A stretch of 64,000 nt of DNA from an uncultured bacterium (GTDB taxonomy: Bacteria; Verrucomicrobiota; Verrucomicrobiia; Verrucomicrobiales; DEV007), in assembly GCA_963977015.1 (NCBI GenBank), contig CAXBMO010000013.1:96001-160000 (forward strand), written 5' to 3'. Shown piece by piece: positions 29,997-39,228 of this stretch; positions within the stretch are counted from its first letter, which is position 1, and each line of letters begins with the position of its first letter. Made by a program: the position numbers and the translations under genes. Below the pieces are notes generated by a model. The model was not told the DNA's origin. It ran no database searches and saw only the letters and a program-made list of their open reading frames with translations.

Positions 29997-30033
29997 AAAA
30001 ACGCGGTGTCCTTTACGGATGCCGCGTTTTTTT
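29997..30033. terminator. Bidirectional terminator
   Basis: aaaaacgcggtgtcc-ttta-cggatgccgcg followed by T7. Confidence 0.88.
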
Positions 30034-30095
30034 GTGGTTGAGGAGGCTGTTCCGAAGGCAACGGAAACTACCGCCCTACCAACGAATGGTTCCGT

Positions 30096-30470
30096 TTAGC
30101 GACTGCTGATCGCATCCGTTACGATCGGCTTCGCCCGAATTGTTGCTGCGGGCGATGGTGCGCTGGCTGGAATTTTGATCTCTTCTTCGCCTTTGGTTGG
30201 CGAGTCTGCGCCCGACTGCTTGGAATCCTCCCGGGCAAGCGCGGCCGTTGCAATTTCGAGGGACGCGTCGCCTCCGACTGGAACGAGATCCTCTGGAGCC
30301 ATTGGCTTGAGACTGGAGAGGTATCCAACGTTTTTGACGTTGGAGCTGAAGGAGCCCAGATAGCGGGGAGTCACCTCAAAATGCTTTGGCAATAGATAAG
30401 TAGCCGTAATTAACCCTCCTGCTGCAACTGCATACATTGAGCCAATCCAAGGGTTTCGTTGCGAAGGCAT
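30096..30470 (-). CDS. Hypothetical membrane-anchored protein
   Basis: 124-aa ORF with N-terminal hydrophobic segment, downstream of amt. Confidence 0.5.
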   Translation of the reverse strand: MPSQRNPWIGSMYAVAAGGLITATYLLPKHFEVTPRYLGSFSSNVKNVGYLSSLKPMAPEDLVPVGGDASLEIATAALAREDSKQSGADSPTKGEEEIKIPASAPSPAATIRAKPIVTDAISSR

Positions 30471-30574
30471 TAAACAGGTTCCGAGCTACGATTAGGTTGC
30501 GAAGACGATAATTGAGAAAATGTTAGCAGGGCATCATTCAGACTGCCAGCCAATTTTCGCTTCGGTTCCGGCGA

Positions 30575-32257
30575 TCAGGACTCTTGAAGATCAAATTCCG
30601 GATAGGCGGTCGTTGCATGTTCGCTGAAGTCGAGTCCGGCAGCCTGGTCTTCGTCGCTGGCCCGAAGCCCCAGCCCAATTTCAACGGCTTTGAAAACGAG
30701 GATGCCAATCAAGTAAGCAAGTCCACAAATGGCCGTAATCCCAAGCAGCTGAATCAGGAAAAACTCGAGGCTGAAAGGGCCGACCAGAGAAACCGCAAGG
30801 GTTCCCCAAACACCAGCATAGAGATGGACCGGCACGGCCCCGACCACGTCATCCAATTGGCGGTTCTCCAGATAAGCGATTCCCCATGCGGCGAACAGCC
30901 CGGCAACCCCGCCAATCAAGAGTGCGACCAGGGGATGGATTTGATCGGCCGAGGCGGATACGGCAACAAGCCCGGCCAGAATGCCATTTAGCGCGAAGTT
31001 TAAATCACTTCGACCACGTTGACGCCAGACTGACAGGGAGGCGAAAACGGAACCTCCTGCCGCCGCAATTGCGAAATTCACCGAAATTCGGCCAACAGTT
31101 TGGATCTCATAACCAGCGGAAAGGGTTTGTCCAAGCCCCAGTCCAAACCAGCCCAGCCAAACCAGCAATGTTCCCACCGCAGCCTGCGGAAGGCTATGTC
31201 CGGTGACGATCTTGGGAAGACCATCATTGCTGAACCGTTCATGTCGCGGACCGAGGATCTTAATTCCCGCCAAGGCGAACGCTCCGCCGATTCCATGAAT
31301 GACTGCTGAACCCCCAAAATCGACAAAGCCCAGTTTTTCAAGCCAACCCAGGGAGCCTGGGTAGCCAAAGTAGCTGACTCGCGATCCCCAGGCGAATTGG
31401 GCAAGGAGCGGATAAACCACTCCGGTAAAAATCAGGATCACGAGAAGATAGTTTCCGAACCGGGTTCGCTCGCCCGTCGCTCCGGAACAAATGCTTGCAG
31501 CTACGACCACAAATCCGGATTGAAGCAGCCAGAAACTCCAGATCGAGTCGCTCGCGCTCGTGTGGGTGATCCACGCGAAATCAATCCCAAACATCAGCGG
31601 AAACCCGGCAAAAACAAACGTCGCCATTCCAATGGAGAGGGTCAACATCGCTTTCATCACCGCATTGACCCCATTGCGGGCATGCGAAAGTCCAATCTCC
31701 CGGACCGCAAAGCCGATAATCATCAGAAAAACGCATAGAGATGCGAAGAAGAGCCAGGTTGGTTGGGGAGTATTCTCCGTCGAGGTCGGGGGGGGGAGAG
31801 TGGCTTGGGATGGGGGCGTTCCCACTTGTTGAGTCGCGGGAGGGCTGTTCGGCTCGGAGATCCCTTTTAGCGGCGAGTCCCTCAATGGACGCAGGGAACG
31901 CTCTTGCTTCAATGCATTGAGTTCGGCTTGAAGAATACGAAGGTTTATCGTGTTCTCTTGGGTGGCCGCGGCCGACGCTTCCAGCGCTTCGAATTCTCTT
32001 CTCAGGTCGCGAAGTTTTTTCTCGTTCGCCGCTGCGTTTACGGCGTTCTCATAAATGGCTTTCTCGTTAAGATTCGCACTGGGAGATGGAGGTTGGCGGG
32101 TGGCTTGGACTTCGATGCGGGCGCTCAATTCATCGAGAGCGTTGCGAAGCTCATCGAGTTTGGAATCGACCGAAGGTGTCGAGTTCTGGGCGAGCAGGGG
32201 AAGAGCCAGAAGCTTGAAGCAGAAGATCAACAAGGCGGTCTGGAAGCCATTTCGCAT
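30575..32257 (-). CDS. Divergent ammonium transporter (Amt family) with signal peptide and coiled-coil N-terminal extension
   Basis: SGATGER, DFGGSAVIH, LGPR, NGILAGLVAVSA and DDVVGAVPVH motifs. Confidence 0.88.
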   Translation of the reverse strand: MRNGFQTALLIFCFKLLALPLLAQNSTPSVDSKLDELRNALDELSARIEVQATRQPPSPSANLNEKAIYENAVNAAANEKKLRDLRREFEALEASAAATQENTINLRILQAELNALKQERSLRPLRDSPLKGISEPNSPPATQQVGTPPSQATLPPPTSTENTPQPTWLFFASLCVFLMIIGFAVREIGLSHARNGVNAVMKAMLTLSIGMATFVFAGFPLMFGIDFAWITHTSASDSIWSFWLLQSGFVVVAASICSGATGERTRFGNYLLVILIFTGVVYPLLAQFAWGSRVSYFGYPGSLGWLEKLGFVDFGGSAVIHGIGGAFALAGIKILGPRHERFSNDGLPKIVTGHSLPQAAVGTLLVWLGWFGLGLGQTLSAGYEIQTVGRISVNFAIAAAGGSVFASLSVWRQRGRSDLNFALNGILAGLVAVSASADQIHPLVALLIGGVAGLFAAWGIAYLENRQLDDVVGAVPVHLYAGVWGTLAVSLVGPFSLEFFLIQLLGITAICGLAYLIGILVFKAVEIGLGLRASDEDQAAGLDFSEHATTAYPEFDLQES

Positions 32258-32289
32258 GATGGGGGAGGGAGATGGAATCGTTCGGCTGG

Positions 32290-33243
32290 CTAAAGGTTCG
32301 TGGTTTGAATCAGGTCAAAAAGTTCGGTTCGAATCCGTTCCCGTTTCACGCGGTCCGGAATTCGTGCGGTCAGGGCATCACCAATTTCTCGAAATTGGTC
32401 GGGAGACGGTAGGTCTCCATAAATTGCGCGTTTTGTTTTAAGCTCGTGATTCAAAAATAGCGAGACTGTTTGTCGGCTCATTACCTTCCCAAGAACGCGG
32501 GTTAACGATTTCCGATAGGCTTCCCAGCTCAATCCGTCGTTAGCCTCTTGGTGAAGAGCTGGCGCAGGATAGTTTTCCGCCTCCTGTGGAAGTGGGGAAG
32601 GAGCTGGTGGTGACTCCTGAGCCAGGTTGCTAGTCGGCAAATTCTCGGGAGGCTCCAACTCCTCCGGTTCAGGGGGCGTGGGGGGAGTTGGCGAATGAAG
32701 GAAGGACGAGGACAGATTCTCCTCTTCCTCCGCACGAGGAATCACCAAGTTCTGCGGCAGTGGCTCGGCTGGGTGTACCGTAAGCCGGTCGTCAGTCAGC
32801 GCCCGATTTCGCCAGGTTTCGGGTAAGCTGAGACTGACCTCAGACCGGGACAGAACCTGCTTCTTTCCCGGTTTCGCCGATTTTCCATGTTCGATGCGGT
32901 CGAGATCATCCAAAAAGTTGTGGCCAATCACACAAACCTCATCGGTGTCTTCCGGATCGCGATGCAGGATCAAAAGCCGGTAATCTTTCAGGGCCAGCAA
33001 GACCACATTGCCGCCATCGAAGCCCAGAACGATTTCTTCGACACTTCTGCCCTGCCGTTCGTAAGCGGAAACCACGTCCTCCATAATCTCGCTCATTCGT
33101 TCGAAGCGATCTTTGGGCAAAGCCATTCGGTTCAACAATACGGTCGCACGGCGACTGAGGCAGACACCACGAACGCCGTTGATGTGCTCAAGGGGGGCGA
33201 TGCTACGCCTTAACTCTGACTCTGTGAAACTTGCGCTCGTCAT
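32290..33243 (-). CDS. Roadblock/LC7-like domain, Pro/Glu-rich linker and helical C-terminal domain
   Basis: LEHINGVRGVCL...VEEIVLGFDGGNVVLL...LLIL pattern; GAGGG upstream of ATG 33243. Confidence 0.6.
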   Translation of the reverse strand: MTSASFTESELRRSIAPLEHINGVRGVCLSRRATVLLNRMALPKDRFERMSEIMEDVVSAYERQGRSVEEIVLGFDGGNVVLLALKDYRLLILHRDPEDTDEVCVIGHNFLDDLDRIEHGKSAKPGKKQVLSRSEVSLSLPETWRNRALTDDRLTVHPAEPLPQNLVIPRAEEEENLSSSFLHSPTPPTPPEPEELEPPENLPTSNLAQESPPAPSPLPQEAENYPAPALHQEANDGLSWEAYRKSLTRVLGKVMSRQTVSLFLNHELKTKRAIYGDLPSPDQFREIGDALTARIPDRVKRERIRTELFDLIQTTNL

Positions 33244-33262
33244 TTCCCTCGATGGGGGCGGA

Positions 33263-33592
33263 TCAGTCTGGCTTGAGGTGCTCCATTGCCTCGGAATATC
33301 GGAATCGGCGATTGGCCAGAAGGCCATGAAGCGGATTGGTTTCCTGGTCCGGACCGTCCTCAAACCGGAAGGCCATCGTCTTGCCGTTTTCAGCGATCGA
33401 TCCGTGGGAAATACTGCTCATGCCCAGCTTGGAACCGAGTGCCTGGGCATACATTTGCAATTGGGTCAGTTCATCGGCGAATTCCTCGGTATCCTCTTGG
33501 CCGGTCGAGCCTTTCACCATCTCGTCTTCCACCAGAAAAAAACGCACAGATGCCTCTTGGGACGCCGCATTTCGTTTTTGTTTGGGATGCAT
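33263..33592 (-). CDS. Small hypothetical protein, possibly roadblock-like
   Basis: AQALGSKLGMSSISHGSIAENGKTMAF helix-to-strand pattern; co-oriented with the next two genes. Confidence 0.5.
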   Translation of the reverse strand: MHPKQKRNAASQEASVRFFLVEDEMVKGSTGQEDTEEFADELTQLQMYAQALGSKLGMSSISHGSIAENGKTMAFRFEDGPDQETNPLHGLLANRRFRYSEAMEHLKPD

Positions 33593-33762
33593 GACCGTAT
33601 CAAATGCTAATTGGTGGACCGATGGAGTGTAAAGCCAGTTTTCTCCTCGGGAAAGCCCTGGATGCTGTGCTCAATCCCCATGGAAATCGCAAGGGGCAAA
33701 ATTCGGACGATTCAGCAATTGTTCAGTTTCGGATTGGGAAATCAGGACGAGAAACTCGCACC

Positions 33763-35217
33763 CTAGAAATCGCGAAATGGTCCTCTCGGTTCGGACTGCG
33801 CCATTTGGTTCTCCCAAGCCGCAAACCGCAATTTGAGGCGCTCGAGAACTTCAGGCCGGGACGCTGATTGGTCGTTCTTCTCTCCCATATCCCGTGACAG
33901 ATCAAACAGTCCCTTACCGGCGGCACTTTCCACCCATTTCCAGTTGCCGATTCGCGCGGCGCGATCGCCTCGGCGTTGCCAGAACATCTCCTTTCGAGGC
34001 GAAGCTTTTTCGCCCGCCAAAACCGGCGTCAGGTCGAAGCCATCCAATTGCAATCCATCGGGAGCTACGTTGCCGGTCGCAGCCAGAATGGTTGGAAGAA
34101 CCTCGAGGCTGGTCAAAAACTCGTCGTTCACCTCACCGGCGGGAATCCTGGCAGGCCAACGGACGAGGCAGGGAACCCGGAGCCCTCCTTCGAACATCTG
34201 TGCTTTGTGCCCCCGAAGCGGTGAATTGTCGGCCCCTCCGGAACCGCCGTTATCAGAAAAGAAGATGACGAGGGTATTCGTCGCGAGGTCCGAATCGTCC
34301 AGGAAATCCAGAATTTCACCGATCCCGGCGTCCATGCACGTCACCGATGCGCGGTAGTCCCGAGTCCGGGCCTCTTTCGTGACCATTTCCCCTCCTTCGT
34401 TGAAGGGTGGGTGAACGTATTTTTTAAATTGATCAACTTTCCGCACTTCCTTCTCCACCGGCGGATAAAGGTCTTGGAATTCCGGTGGAGCTTGAACCGT
34501 TGAGCGAATCTTGGGATCCAGGCTGGACGAGTTATGAGGAGCATTGAAGGGGACGTAGAGAAAGAACGGCTTGTCGTGGTTCTTGCGCAAAAACCGCATC
34601 GCTTCCCGCTGGAAAAGGGTAGTGCAGTAGATGCCCTTGTCCTCCTCCGTCAGAGCATTGTTCCGATACATGCTTGGAACGCCGTATCGCTCGTGAGTGT
34701 AATAGTCGATGCCGGTGTTCACGAACCCGTAGAACTCGTCAAATCCGCGGGCCAGGGGAAGAAATCGACGATGGATACCGAGATCCCACTTGCCGAAGAT
34801 TCCGCTTTGGTAGTCCTGATTTTGAAGAAGCGCCGGTATCAGCACCTCCTTCGTGTCCATCCCGGCGACGCGCTCGAAGGTATATCGGTATTCGTGATCC
34901 GGGTATTTGTAACCATAGTCCGGCGCCTCATTTCGAAACATGTCGGAGGTGCCGTTTCGCTGCGGATAGCGGCCCGTCAGAAAGGCGCCCCGTGACGGGG
35001 TGCAGGCAGGCCACGCCACATAGAAGCTGGTGAGGCGGACTCCTTCCCTTGCCAAACGATCCAGATTCGGCGTCTGAATGTTATTGGCGCCAATGATCCC
35101 GAGATCGGCGTAACCCTGATCATCTGAGACAATCAGAACCACGTTGGTGGGCGCTGCAAAGGTGACGCCCAGAAAGCAGGCGACAAGGAACGGAATGAAT
35201 GGCGCGGGAGTTTTCAC
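33763..35217 (-). CDS. Formylglycine-dependent sulfatase
   Basis: NVVLIVSDD, CTPSRGAFLTGR, GKWDLG, NAPH and SDNG motifs. Confidence 0.95.
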   Translation of the reverse strand: MKTPAPFIPFLVACFLGVTFAAPTNVVLIVSDDQGYADLGIIGANNIQTPNLDRLAREGVRLTSFYVAWPACTPSRGAFLTGRYPQRNGTSDMFRNEAPDYGYKYPDHEYRYTFERVAGMDTKEVLIPALLQNQDYQSGIFGKWDLGIHRRFLPLARGFDEFYGFVNTGIDYYTHERYGVPSMYRNNALTEEDKGIYCTTLFQREAMRFLRKNHDKPFFLYVPFNAPHNSSSLDPKIRSTVQAPPEFQDLYPPVEKEVRKVDQFKKYVHPPFNEGGEMVTKEARTRDYRASVTCMDAGIGEILDFLDDSDLATNTLVIFFSDNGGSGGADNSPLRGHKAQMFEGGLRVPCLVRWPARIPAGEVNDEFLTSLEVLPTILAATGNVAPDGLQLDGFDLTPVLAGEKASPRKEMFWQRRGDRAARIGNWKWVESAAGKGLFDLSRDMGEKNDQSASRPEVLERLKLRFAAWENQMAQSEPRGPFRDF

Positions 35218-35276
35218 TCCTGACCAACCGTGGGGACAGGCATTCTGTCAACGCCGCGAACCTGACCAAGCTGAGG

Positions 35277-36038
35277 CTATTCAAGCGGCCCTGAGACCAC
35301 GGATGGCGTTCTGATATCGATCGTTTCGAGACCCAACAACTCGATGAAGGGAACGTCGCCGGCTTTATTCCACTTCACCTTTACCCGGCATGCGATGAAA
35401 TCGTCATAGGGAACGTTCGCGGCGACAGCCTTGCCCAAATCAGAGTCTTTCAGGGCAAAGAGATCGACACGCTTTTCTGTTTTGGGCTTCCAGTCGGCGA
35501 TCAGGCGAATCTTCTCACCGTTCAGCGGAATCTTCTCGTGCTCGGATAGGATGTTGCCACGGTAAAGGCCCATGCGGAAAAACCGCGGGGAGTCCTCTTT
35601 CTTTTCAAGGAAGCTTTCCACTGGAGTGTCGTAGGCTTGGGCGAACGTCTCCCAGTCAACCTTGAAGGAATCACCGTCTTCCACCACGGAAACCCTGACA
35701 TAGTCCTCCAGTCCTTTCACAACGAGGTCCGCCCGAACCACGTGATAGATCTCTTTGCTGGGAATTCGTGTCGCTCCCGTTCCTCGTACCGCCAGCACCT
35801 CTTTTCCCATCCACTCGAACTCGGCGTAGTGTTTCTCCATCACGGGTTTTAGAACCTCGGCATCGAGTACGTATTGGGCGGCCTCTTCCCAGGTTTTCGC
35901 TTGGAGGAAATCGCGGAGAACGGTGCCGGCTTCGTTGGCTTTCTTCAGGAGGGCCTCTTTCTGTGCAGCATCGATTTGAGCCGAGATCGGCTGAATGGAG
36001 GGAACCAGAACGGCAAGGGCTAGGAGAAGGGGTCTCAT
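35277..36038 (-). CDS. Exported hypothetical protein
   Basis: Signal peptide MRPLLLALAV...ISA; FKVDWETF motif. Confidence 0.65.
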   Translation of the reverse strand: MRPLLLALAVLVPSIQPISAQIDAAQKEALLKKANEAGTVLRDFLQAKTWEEAAQYVLDAEVLKPVMEKHYAEFEWMGKEVLAVRGTGATRIPSKEIYHVVRADLVVKGLEDYVRVSVVEDGDSFKVDWETFAQAYDTPVESFLEKKEDSPRFFRMGLYRGNILSEHEKIPLNGEKIRLIADWKPKTEKRVDLFALKDSDLGKAVAANVPYDDFIACRVKVKWNKAGDVPFIELLGLETIDIRTPSVVSGPLE

Positions 36039-36470
36039 CGCGTAACCCCTTCTGGAAGATTTCAAAAGTTTCAAGCAGCAAAAAGTGATGATTCAGTCAG
36101 GAAGGAAGAGAGCTGGAAGGGAGGGGGCGCTGGAAAGCGAATTTGGACTCAAAAGAGACTAGAGAATTGGGAAAAGATACCATTCAAGATTGTCAATATT
36201 TCCAAATGAAAATGGATGGTATTTCAGGTGGTCTTGAAATACTGAACGGTGAAAAGCTCTATAAGGTGCTGATGGGGAGCGGGTTACGGGGGATCTTGAG
36301 CGGTTGTTTGCGAGAGTTCACAAATATTTCATTGTCTTTTTCGGCGTCCTCTTCCAGAAATTGCCTCCTTCTTCGGAAGGGGCTGCGACTTGAACGGATA
36401 TTGTGACGAACTCGTTTCATTATGTATCTGGCCAATCCGCAGTTAGCGCCCTAAAAATGGCGCGCACTTC

Positions 36471-36490
36471 ACACTAACTAACACTAACTA
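36471..36490 (+). repeat. 10-bp tandem duplication ACACTAACTA x2 just before the porin ATG
   Basis: Read directly from the sequence. Confidence 0.8.
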
Positions 36491-36491
36491 A

Positions 36492-37628
36492 ATGAAGAAC
36501 CTAACAGCAAAACTGATTGGTGGATTTGTTCTCCTTACCGGCCTCGCCTATGCGGGACCAGGCAAGGAGATCGTCATCGAGCCAGAAACACCCAAAACCT
36601 TCTGTGATCACTATGGTGATGTCCTCGGGCTTGCCAAGCTTTACGAAGGCGACGGTCCTCTTATTCAAGAGATCAAACTGATTGGTCGTTATCACGGTCA
36701 ATACCACAACACCGAGTCCGATTTGGGCGACGATAGCGATTGGGAAAACCGCCGCTTCCGTTTCGGTGTTGGCGCTACCTTTCTCGAGAACTTCGAGTTT
36801 GAAGGCCAATTCAACCTGAAGAACGACTTCAGCGAGAGTGGACGTCTCTTCGAGACAGTTGAAGATCTTACCATCTCCTGGGAGCCCAATGACGCCTGGG
36901 GAATTACCGTTGGTAAGCAAAAGCCGAAAGTCACTCGTGAATACTCCACTTCTTCGAAGCGGATCAAGACGATCGAGCGCTCACAGCTGGTGAACCAAAT
37001 CGTTCCTGACAAAGCAGGTGGTATCGTTCTTACCTTGAACGATGTCGCAGGTTTCGAAATCGACCTCGGTGGATTCACGGGCGACGCTGGCGATGACTGG
37101 GATCTTCCCGACTTTGACGGCGGTTACGGTCTCTATGCTCGGATCGGTCGCGAGATCACGGAAGCAACAGAAGTTCGTTTCGATTACTTCTACAACGACG
37201 GTGATCCAAACAATGGTGAGTTCGAAGACTTCGGAAACATCTTCTCTCTTAACTCCAGCAGCGACTGGGATCGGATGCACCTGGTGACTGACCTCATCTA
37301 TGCAACCGGCATCAACGGTGAAGCTGACAATTTCGGTGTCGTTTTCATGCCTTACTATGACATCACCGACAAGTTGGAAGCTGTTTTCCGCTACACCTAC
37401 TCCAACTCGGATCGCTTCAACGGCCTCGACGAGCAGAGCCGCTACGAAGACGACGCGTCTGGAGCCATCACTGGGGACGCATACAACGCCTTCTACCTGG
37501 GACTGAACTACTACATCTGCGGCGACAAGCTGAAGTTGATGAACGGTGTTGAGTATGCCGACATGAGCGGTGGTGCGGTTGAAAATGACTGGTGGACGTT
37601 CTTCACTGGCGTTCGCATGTATTTCTAA
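36492..37628 (+). CDS. Outer-membrane porin, OprO/OprP-like
   Basis: Signal peptide, RRFRFG, GKQK and TIERS motifs, C-terminal Phe. Confidence 0.82.
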   Translation: MKNLTAKLIGGFVLLTGLAYAGPGKEIVIEPETPKTFCDHYGDVLGLAKLYEGDGPLIQEIKLIGRYHGQYHNTESDLGDDSDWENRRFRFGVGATFLENFEFEGQFNLKNDFSESGRLFETVEDLTISWEPNDAWGITVGKQKPKVTREYSTSSKRIKTIERSQLVNQIVPDKAGGIVLTLNDVAGFEIDLGGFTGDAGDDWDLPDFDGGYGLYARIGREITEATEVRFDYFYNDGDPNNGEFEDFGNIFSLNSSSDWDRMHLVTDLIYATGINGEADNFGVVFMPYYDITDKLEAVFRYTYSNSDRFNGLDEQSRYEDDASGAITGDAYNAFYLGLNYYICGDKLKLMNGVEYADMSGGAVENDWWTFFTGVRMYF

Positions 37629-37663
37629 GCTGAAATACGGTTTTCAAAAACACACTTAATTTT

Positions 37664-37694
37664 GAGCGGGGTCCGAAAGGATCCCGCTCTTTTT
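37664..37694 (+). terminator. Rho-independent terminator
   Basis: gagcggggtcc-gaaa-ggatcccgctc followed by T5. Confidence 0.88.
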
Positions 37695-37835
37695 GTGTCT
37701 CGTGTTGTGGTCAGTTGAGATGACTTCGAGGAACTCCTCCACTTCCGATCAATTGGTAGGATCAGTCCGGCATCTGCGTTTAGAAGGTGTTTGGCATTTG
37801 CACAATCCACCAATTGAGGGCCTGTTCAGCCATTC

Positions 37836-38456
37836 ATGTCCAACGTGACTCGCCAGGGAATTCTTTGCGTTGTCTCCGGTCCCTCGGGATCTGGGAAGAC
37901 GACTCTTTGCCATCGTTTTGCCGAGGCAGATGCCGGAGCCATCTACTCAGTCTCTTGCACGACCCGGCCGCCCCGGGAGGGCGAGGTGGATGGCGTGGAT
38001 TACCACTTTCTCTCCCATGAGGAATTCGAGGAGAAAATCGCGTCAGGGGAACTGCTGGAGTTTGCCCAGGTCCACGCCAGTGGTCGCTACTACGGCACGC
38101 TGAAACAGCCGGTGATGGAGGCATTGAGCCAGGGGATCGACGTCTTGATGGATCTCGACGTGAAAGGGGCGGAACAGGTGCGCGCTTTGGAGGACTCTAC
38201 GGTTCGTGCCAGCCTGATTGACGTGTTTATCCTTCCTCAATCCTTGGACGAACTCATGGATCGGGTGCGAAAACGCGGCCCAATGACTCCGGAAGAACTG
38301 GAACTGCGGATGAAAAACGCCAACGAGGAGATGCAGCATTGGAAGGATTACCGCTACGCCATCCTCAGCGGAGACAAGGAAGCCGATTTTGCCGAGTTCG
38401 GCGCCATTATCCAGGCCGAACGCCACCGTTCTTCTCGGCTCGATTTGGTCGATTAG
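37836..38456 (+). CDS. gmk: Guanylate kinase
   Basis: SGPSGSGKTT, SCTTRPPREGEVDGVDYHF and YYGT motifs. Confidence 0.97.
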   Translation: MSNVTRQGILCVVSGPSGSGKTTLCHRFAEADAGAIYSVSCTTRPPREGEVDGVDYHFLSHEEFEEKIASGELLEFAQVHASGRYYGTLKQPVMEALSQGIDVLMDLDVKGAEQVRALEDSTVRASLIDVFILPQSLDELMDRVRKRGPMTPEELELRMKNANEEMQHWKDYRYAILSGDKEADFAEFGAIIQAERHRSSRLDLVD

Positions 38457-38536
38457 GGGGCGTTCATCAATGAGGAACAGCTTGCGCGTCCGTCATCATT
38501 TTCATACGCTCCCTGAAGCGATGTTCGAGTAATGCT

Positions 38537-39169
38537 CTACGAGCAGATGTAATCGCGCATCGTGCCGAAAATGATCGTCATGGAGAGTGCTCCGGCGTCA
38601 GGAAATCCTACCGAACGTTCACCCAGCGTTTTGGCGCGTCCCATGGTTGCGACCATCGCCTTGCTGGCTTCCTTGCCGGCTTCGGCCGCCTCAGCAACTG
38701 CGGTAATCGCTTCCGGGAGTGACAAGGTCTGAACCTCCTCCGCTTTTTCGGCTGCGGGAACCAGAGCGTCGATCATCGTCTTGTCACCAGGCTTGGCTCC
38801 ACCGCGCTTCATCACGCCGTCCGCCGCTGAGCGGAGCCATTTGGCCAAGCCTTGGGAATCAAGTTTCTCGCTGCCTTTCAGCTCTTTGCCGCCACGAAAT
38901 ACCGTGCCAAATACCACTCCGGACGCACCGCCCATCGAGGACATCATGGCTTTTCCGGTAGCAACAAGCGGCTCGTCTACCGTTGAGAACTCTCCGGCGG
39001 AAAGTGCCTCTTTCGCGGCGTTCATTCCGCGCGACATCCCAATTCCGTGGTCGCCATCGCCCAAATCGCGATCGGCTTGTGAAAGCTGGGGTTCGGCGAC
39101 GATGATTGCGTCGGCAACCAGGTGAAGCATTGCCGTTGTTTCCTCGGCATTCAGGGATTCTTTAGCCAT
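38537..39169 (-). CDS. dhaL: Dihydroxyacetone kinase subunit L (Dak2 domain)
   Basis: GDGDHG, GGASG, GDKTMIDAL, GRA and DAGA motifs. Confidence 0.92.
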   Translation of the reverse strand: MAKESLNAEETTAMLHLVADAIIVAEPQLSQADRDLGDGDHGIGMSRGMNAAKEALSAGEFSTVDEPLVATGKAMMSSMGGASGVVFGTVFRGGKELKGSEKLDSQGLAKWLRSAADGVMKRGGAKPGDKTMIDALVPAAEKAEEVQTLSLPEAITAVAEAAEAGKEASKAMVATMGRAKTLGERSVGFPDAGALSMTIIFGTMRDYICS

Positions 39170-39228
39170 CGCAAAGTTTTGGCGCATTCCGCGCGAATCA
39201 TCAATCTAAAACTCCCGTGGAGACCGCC

